Assembly (NCBI GenBank): GCA_964016885.1
Contig: OZ024742.1
Location: forward strand, 74,338,001-74,402,000
Source: Eledone cirrhosa
Lineage: Eukaryota
Length of the DNA stretch: 64,000 nucleotides
Reading direction: 5' to 3'
Below are positions 57,137-64,000 of the stretch, piece by piece (position 1 is the stretch's first letter; each line of letters begins with the position of its first letter). The notes beneath the pieces are model-generated. The model did no database searches. It was given only the letters and a program-made list of their open reading frames with translations, and was not told where the DNA came from. A program made the translations under genes and the position numbers.

Positions 57137-57300
57137 CAAGCGAAATTGATGAAATCTTCAGAGTTTTCGTAACTACAATAGTTGGCCATCTCATAGAAAA
57201 ATAATCTTTGCCACAAAACTCCTGCTCAGTTGTAACAAGCATCCACGCTGTATGGTTCTGGCAAGGAGTATTCGTTCCAAGCATTCCGAACGCCATTCCG
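57137..57300 (-). CDS. Internal exon of uncharacterised spliced host gene
   Basis: Poly-T-cag acceptor, gtatgg donor; only open frame is (S)GMAFGMLGTNTPCQNHTAWMLVTTEQEFCGKDYFSMRWPTIVVTKTLKISSISL; phases 2/1. Confidence 0.75.
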
Positions 57301-57374
57301 CTGAAAAAAAAAAATTGTTTTTTCACCTTCACTTTTTAATTATATATATATTAAATATGTTTTTATACCTTAAC

Positions 57375-57439
<65 letters not shown>

Positions 57440-57442
<3 letters not shown>

Positions 57443-57850
57443 CGGGAGAGATGACCCCTTAGCCTTTGTCAAGACAGAATTCTAGGAGAAGGAAAACTCT
57501 GATATAACACCTGCAACCCTGATGGTATCCAATGATGTTGACTTGTTCTTCTTTTTGGTAAATATCATCTTGGTTAAGAGAGTGGGACTGGCTTTGTGCA
57601 GTGCCTTTGCTCACTATAAAAGCTTCACGGCACAGGCATTGCTTTATATCTGGAGATCTCTCTGCACTTGTCGTCACATGGTACCAAGGGCCCAGCACTA
57701 TGTGTCAACAAGTGTCACAAGTGTAGTGTTTGTACCAGAGTTTTTAAGTCGCTGGCTGGACTAAAATGTCACTCGTTCAGCGCATCCGTAGGAGTTATCT
57801 TACATGGATATAAAGTAGTGGCCGTACTCGAAAACGAGTTGGCAGCCACC
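57440..57850 (+). mobile_element. Short non-autonomous RTE-like retroposon between (TA)n tracts
   Basis: Terminal C2H2-like remnant CSVCTRVFKSLAGLKCH resembling RTE 3' ends. Confidence 0.45.
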
Positions 57851-57873
57851 ATATATATATACATATATAATGA

Positions 57874-57990
57874 ATATAGAAAAGGCTTCTACAGGACTAG
57901 AACTGTTTCATTCGGGAGAAATCATCAGGAAGCCTTGATGATTTCTACCGAATGAAACATTTCTAGTCCTGTAGAAGCCTTTGCTATATT
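57874..57990. repeat. ~117-bp near-perfect palindrome
   Basis: aaggcttctacaggactagaactgtttcattcgggagaaatcatcagg mirrored by ccttgatgatttctaccgaatgaaacatttctagtcctgtagaagcctt. Confidence 0.9.
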
Positions 57991-58061
57991 AAATATTTAT
58001 ACTCTGCTTTGTATTGAATACCTTACTTACTGTGGTTACCCCCCATTGAACCCGGGATAAA

Positions 58062-58124
<63 letters not shown>

Positions 58125-58247
58125 CTATTATTATATATATATATATGTAGATATGTGTGTGCGTACACTGTCACCACTCTTACATACCATTGGATTCCAT
58201 AAATTGTAGGTTTCAGTAGTAAACACAATTAAAACAACTTCTTTTAC

Positions 58248-58405
58248 CTGCCAAACATTTCCAGGTGGCGTCCTGTAAACTTTGGAAAATCTGGAAAAGG
58301 AGTTTGCAAGGTAGTCTTCACACCGAACCAATTGGTACTATTTGTATTTTTTCCATTAAATTTCAACGTATGCATATCAGTCCCTGCATTCACAATCAAC
58401 CAAAC
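58248..58405 (-). CDS. Internal exon of uncharacterised spliced host gene
   Basis: ttgttatag acceptor, AG|gtaaaa donor; VWLIVNAGTDMHTLKFNGKNTNSTNWFGVKTTLQTPFPDFPKFTGRHLEMFG; phases 0/2. Confidence 0.75.
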
Positions 58406-58710
58406 CTATAACAAATACCACCAACAACAACAGCAATAATGATAATAATAATAGTTTATGATTTAGGCAATTTTTGGGAAAGGGAAAGTTGATTAAATCG
58501 AAACCAGTGCATTACCTGTACTTTATTTTCTTTTAAACACACAAAAGGCCCAAATATTATAGGGAACCCTTTCTTGTGGGTAAAGACTAAAGCCTTATGT
58601 CTCTTTTAAAACAAAAATATTAACAAACGTATTTAAAACCGTAAAAATAACAAACCTACTCCAGCTCACGATAATACGTCCATTCACTTCAACAACCAAT
58701 GATAATAATA

Positions 58711-58887
58711 ATTGTTTCTATTTTAGGCACAAGGCCAGCAATTACCCAGTACATTACTGGTACTTTATTTTATCGACCCCGTAAGGATGACCCAGGCGTG
58801 ATTTGAACTCAGATCATAAAGGGCCGTAACTCTATACTGCAAAGCATGGTGTCCGACCATATACCGATACTGCCAATCCATCGTCCT
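58711..58887 (-). mobile_element. tRNA-derived SINE (same family as 26724-26909)
   Basis: Same tail and A/B boxes, short internal deletion, (AAT)n flanks. Confidence 0.85.
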
Positions 58888-58899
58888 CACCGTCCTCAT

Positions 58900-59870
58900 A
58901 ATAATAATATCAAATGACCCTGGCTCAATATCAAGAACTACCCCAGAATGTATAACAACATGGATACGAAAACAACTCCGCAAAAACTAAAATAAATCGT
59001 ATTGAATATCCAAATAAATGACCAAAATAAAAAAAAAAACTGCTATAAGGGCCTTAGTAATATTTTATATCATTTATGTGCTAATTGCACACAAAATATG
59101 TTGTTTAGAAAAATACACCACACATGAAAATAAGGAAAACATGAGAAATACGACAAACAAAACCCATAAACAAATATTGAAGCCAATAGATACAGACCCT
59201 CCCCTCGCTCAACATTTTCTCAGGCAGAAAGAAAATATACCAGATAAAATTGAAAATTAAGCAATTAAAAACGACAAAATCTCTCTGCTTAGCGAAATAG
59301 AAAAGGTGTCCAACAAGAAAAAAACAAAACAAAAAAAACAACAAAAGAAAAAATACAAAACAGGAACAAAATAATAATTAAATAGTATTATATGAACGAA
59401 AAAAAAACAAAGAAAACAGATTGGAATGAAAAGGACATCATGCAAGGTATAAAGGCTTCGAAAAACGTGAGCGCTTCTACCAAGAAAAGGAGGTATTCAA
59501 ATCAAATAGCATAAGATTTTAGAGGTAGAGTAAAAAAAATGAACAGTTGAGCATACAACAACACCAACGGAAACGGAAGGATGGGAGGGAATTTGGAGCA
59601 AAAACATTCAGTAAAACAAGGAACACAATGGATCAGAATGAAATATGATAAACTATACAACAGCATCAAAAGTATGGCCTACTATAGCCACATAGGAACC
59701 CAGCAATAGTTTAAGAACTGCATGCAGTTAGAAAACCTCTGGGATTGACGAAATGTAATTTTAGGCTGAAGTACCTGACCAATATTACCAAATTAGTTGC
59801 AGCAACATAGAAAGAACTATTAATCAGAACAAAGCCAAAACCTGATTGTCTGTCAGAGGGGAAAAGCATG
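58900..59870 (+). mobile_element. Highly decayed R4/Dong-like fragment
   Basis: Follows an AAT run; remnants resembling WK.PG.D...WLK.LT and P.WL..G near 59730-59865. Confidence 0.4.
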
Positions 59871-60348
59871 GTTATCGTTCAGGATCACGGTCTCCTCGAG
59901 GGCGTAATTACTTCTTCCCATCACATATCCTATATAGAATGGTAGTGCAGACGTTCCAGTGACGGCATTGCTGGAGAGGACTATGAACCGCAGACGTCAG
60001 ACGCCCAATCCTGGTGTTCGTTTGACGTAGGATTACAGTTTCGCCAAAGAGATGAGCTGTAGGAGAGTGTGCTTCACAAACGGCAGACCACATATGCTCA
60101 CTGACTTAGAATCTCGGTAGATGCTGCAGCTTACACATCTTAAGCCATGGTGTACGAAGCCTTCCACGGAGAGGGTGTTAGCAGCAGATAAACCTTCTGA
60201 CCATGGGAGACTGATCTTTCAAAGATTCACATTTTAATTTTATGTTCAACATATTCTATTTTGATATTCATGGAAAACCATTAGCTAGAAAAAGATTATG
60301 ATAATTTTTATTAAGTTAAACTTTTTAAATGATTAGAGAATACATTAC

Positions 60349-60524
60349 CAGTTTAACAGGCAGATATTTCCATACATCTATTAAAAATCTCCTGAAGAAT
60401 TCGTTGCAGGAAGACCTAACACACTGATGCGGAAGATAATTATCCCGCAAACTATCACCACTGTATGCATATCGAAGGCTAATATTAGAACCAGCTTCGA
60501 ATGCAAACACTTTGAACCCATGAT
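60349..60524 (-). CDS. Internal exon of uncharacterised spliced host gene
   Basis: ttttttacag acceptor, G|gtaatg donor; HGFKVFAFEAGSNISLRYAYSGDSLRDNYLPHQCVRSSCNEFFRRFLIDVWKYLPVKL; phases 1/0. Confidence 0.75.
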
Positions 60525-61287
60525 CTGTAAAAAATAAATGATATCAAATGTTATTCTTATACTCTAGTTAAGAGAAATTATTTAATGGAAAAGTATTTAA
60601 TCTGGTACTGTAAAGCATCAGATTAAATACCTTAAAGTATTTAGTTCTGTCTTTATGTTCTAGGATCAAATCAGGCAGAGTTAAATTTGCAGGTGATTAC
60701 CCCGAGGTCACTAAAATTACTAGAAATAACGGTTCAAGGAATTACATTTCTTGTGGATGATAAATAGAAAAATAAAACAAAACAAAGTAAAAATAAAACA
60801 AGTAAAGCCAGGTATACGTGCGTACAGGTAGCGTGGGTAACAATAAGCCCCAAACCACACTGTGTTAGTGCTATTTCTAATTAATCATAGCCAGCCATGT
60901 CAACATTATATGTAAAAAAGCATCCCCAGTCGATGTTCTATTTTTCACTATATCCAAATGTGTATCTGTAGCCAATGTATCATACACAAAAATGTATATA
61001 AACTTTAGCTTATTCTTGTGTTACTACCGAGTGAGTTAATGCCAACAATGGCAGATAAAAATCTAGAAACACGTGTTCTCCCGGGCTACTGAGATAACTT
61101 TGACGTGGTCACAACTTAAAACATTCATAGCGAGACTCTTGTATACTTAAAATATTTTAAGTTGTATCCATTAAGTGTCAAACGATTGAAGAACCTGCTG
61201 TAGGCGGTACATAGATTTTAAAGAACCCTTGGCATTAAAATATTTAAAAATAGACAGATATTTCACCTTGAAGATAAATATACTCAC

Positions 61288-61343
61288 CAACGCCCCACCC
61301 CTAATACTGTTAGACAAAGACACAGAGAAATTAGAGTTATCAT
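61288..61343 (-). CDS. Possible first (signal-peptide) exon of the same gene
   Basis: MITLISLCLCLTVLGVGR followed by G|gtgagt; phase 2, so it cannot join exon 60349-60524 directly. Confidence 0.4.
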
Positions 61344-62333
61344 TTTATTCTAATTTTCATTTTGTAGTGTCTAATACCAAGGGTATCTTCAAATGCCATG
61401 TTATTTAATGATATTTTCATTGATTTCTTTTAGTGGTTTCAATGAAATTATAGTGACTAGAGTACATTGTTTACTACTTATTTTATCGATCTCGATATGA
61501 ATAAAAATAGAGTCGACAATTACGACATTTTTTGTTTAATACCGATTCTCACACGTTTTGCCGATTAGCTTATCATACACTTTGCATAAAACAAACAGAA
61601 AACACATAACTGTCTATCTCATATATGTCTACTTCTCTTTTTCAAATTTAGGTAGGTTTATATACTTGTGTTGAAAACCGACTAAATCTTGAATTTATAA
61701 ATGATTTAGAGTATAACATTCTTAAGCGAAATGAAAGTGTAGAAAATAATAATATAGTTGAATCAAATGTAAGAAATCAATAATTTTAATGTAAGAGATC
61801 GATATAACAGGCGTATTTCATTGACCGAAGGAAATGCTAAGATTAATATAATTGCTATCAGTACTCTAATTGTTCCAGGAATGATATGATATAATGATAT
61901 AATATAAACAAAAAACTAATAAAAGGAATAGATGGAATTATAAAGCTAATAATGGCAACATTTAGAGTACAACACCGTAAATCTAGGCACTTAGAAGATA
62001 TATTTGCAACAAAAAGACGATCTTATAAAATAGATTTGATAAAATGATAGACACTTTAAATTGAGAACAAAAGACTTACAACTCAAATTATTAGAAACCA
62101 CGAACAAAACAAAGAATGAAGTAACGAACAATACTAAAGCCGAATAATATTTTTTTCTTTTTGTAGGGTTTCTCTAGCAATCAGATTGCAAGGGGAAGTG
62201 TATTAATTGACCTCAGATCAGTCCCTGATCTCAGAGGCTCAATATATCACGTAGGATTCTGGCAGTAGTAGTGATGGTAGAAATTTGGACACTGCCTACG
62301 AAGTCGGGAATCCCAAGGCTTTTGCTGAAAGAC

Positions 62334-62374
<41 letters not shown>

Positions 62375-62375
<1 letters not shown>

Positions 62376-64000
62376 TTTTCTTTATTAACCACAAGGGTTT
62401 ACATAAAGTAGACATTAAGGACAGTACAGGACAATACAGGACAGTACAAATTGGCATTTCTGCGTGTAAAAAAAACAGAGGATGTAATAAAATAACAAAG
62501 AAAAATTCCCCAATAGGGGGGAGACTTCCGAGGGACATTTGTGGAGAAAGCCCATTAAAAGACCACAGTGACCCTGACCACCAGGGCAAGTGCCCTCTCC
62601 CAGTTTTCCACCTTTAATTTACAGACACGTACTCAGAGAAGGCCCATTCATTCGGGCCATACTTGCTTCTCTCACCCATCTTTCAACAAAATGATGGGAA
62701 GAGAGCACTTCCCTCTCTACCCTGATTTTCCTTTTCAAATGAAATTTGAAAAAGTTAATCAGGGCATCACCGAAGAGGTAAGTGCTAGTCTTCAGCCCTT
62801 TCAAACGTGTCCACCATACTATCTCTTTCGCCATGGCCACCAGACAGATAAAAACTGCCTGCCCTTCCCGGCTAAAGAAAGAGGGCGAGGTAATCCTCAC
62901 GATAGACTCAGCTGATAGCTGGATCCGTCCTACACGCGCCAGCAGGTGTTCGACATAAACCCACAAGTTAGCAATGCTCGGACACTGGACGAGAGCGTGC
63001 AGGACGGTTTCGTCGCACTGTGCGCATCTCGGACATGCCCGGCTGACGGCACCTCCATGCCTGTAGAGTTTTTCCCGAACTGGCAAAGCTCCTCGGTAGC
63101 ACTGCCAGGCCAGGGATTTCTGGAAGTTGTCCATAGGCCCCGGCCCGAAAGTCCTTCCGAAGAGATTGGCTAGTTGATTTTCGTCGACGCCTAGAGTTTC
63201 CCCAAGTACGTCGTGGCTCTTCCCCTCCACTAATCCTCTATAGAACGCCAAGGTGTAGTTTCCATCGATCACATTGCCCGATTGGTCGAGGGCTGTGAGC
63301 GCCTGAAGACATTCCAGTCTCCAAGCGCTCCCTCTCGGTCTTCGCTTGAACCAGGACTGCAGCTCCGTCAAGGAGACGAGCTGGGGAAAGACGTGTCTAG
63401 CAAACGGAGACCACACCTGATCACCGTCGAGGAAGAGGTGGAGATGTCGTAGCCTGAGCGCGTGTCTGCGCATCATCAGCCACGGCATTCCCAGCCTTCC
63501 ACGTAGCGGGTGTTGACAGCAGATGGACCGCCTGACCATCGGAGCGCGTCCCTTCCACAAAAAGCGAAAGAGCAAACGCTCCAGCGCAGTCAGGCGTGTC
63601 TTAGGACAAGGTACGACGGTCATGCGGTAGTAGATGACGGACGCGATATACACGTTAGCCACCTCCGCTCGACCTTTCAGGGATAGCTTCCTCTCGGCCC
63701 ATTTCTGAATGAGAGAAGCCACCCTGCTCGTCACCTCGTCCCAGTTTTTGTCCGTCTGGAGATCCGGACCGAACCAGACCCCGAGCAATTTAACTGGTCC
63801 GTCCGTCCAGCGCCCGACGACGTTGTTGGACGACATGGACCTGCCTCTCCAGGTGCCGAGCTGCAGGCCCACTGACTTTTGCTGGTTGATCATTGCTCCT
63901 GTCACCGCTTCGTATTCTCTTAGTGTAGTGCCGATTGCCTCGATGTGTTTGGCGTTCGACACCACTACGGTGACATCGTCCGCATATGCTGACACGGATC
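62375..64000 (-). mobile_element. Tx1-G: 3' part of a Tx1-D/F-family LINE in (AAT)n, runs off window
   Basis: ORF 62619-63995 open and near-identical to the ORF2 C-terminus; (AAT)n 62336-62374. Confidence 0.93.

Noticed and set aside
1-64000. CRISPR arrays, retrons or other prokaryotic RT systems
   Set aside because: All RTs are non-LTR types with APE or RLE domains in a eukaryotic context; repeats are microsatellites with no regular repeat-spacer structure.

Overview
Eukaryotic, repeat-dense window. The repeat repertoire suggests an octopod cephalopod (inference). Most of it is non-LTR retrotransposons inserted into microsatellites. There are seven L1/Tx1-clade copies plus an ORF1 fragment, all on the minus strand: two sit in (GATA)n and the rest in (AAT)n. 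There are four to five R4/Dong-like RLE elements, all on the plus strand, the four well-preserved ones ending in (AAT)n. One Tx1 (26957-32982) and one Dong-like copy (48585-53440) have intact ORFs. Also present: a Gypsy 3' end with LTR, decayed RTE pieces, tRNA-derived SINEs and mariner-type MITEs. Two host genes are visible: an intronless ADAM/ADAMTS-like gene with a dead zinc motif (14592-16487) and a minus-strand spliced gene rebuilt by hand from four phase-compatible exons (54353-60524). The most striking observation is that at all four preserved Tx1 ORF1/ORF2 junctions the ORF1 stop codon lies inside a perfect G|GTAAGT splice donor. Each is followed by a pyrimidine tract and a first downstream CAG whose use would fuse ORF1 to ORF2 in frame (38-53 nt candidate micro-introns). 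Other notable points are a frame-conserved hydrophobic small ORF upstream of the Dong-like ORF, SINE tails matching LINE 3' ends, and ORF1/5'UTR swapping. All coordinates were read by eye; element boundaries are approximate to a few bases.
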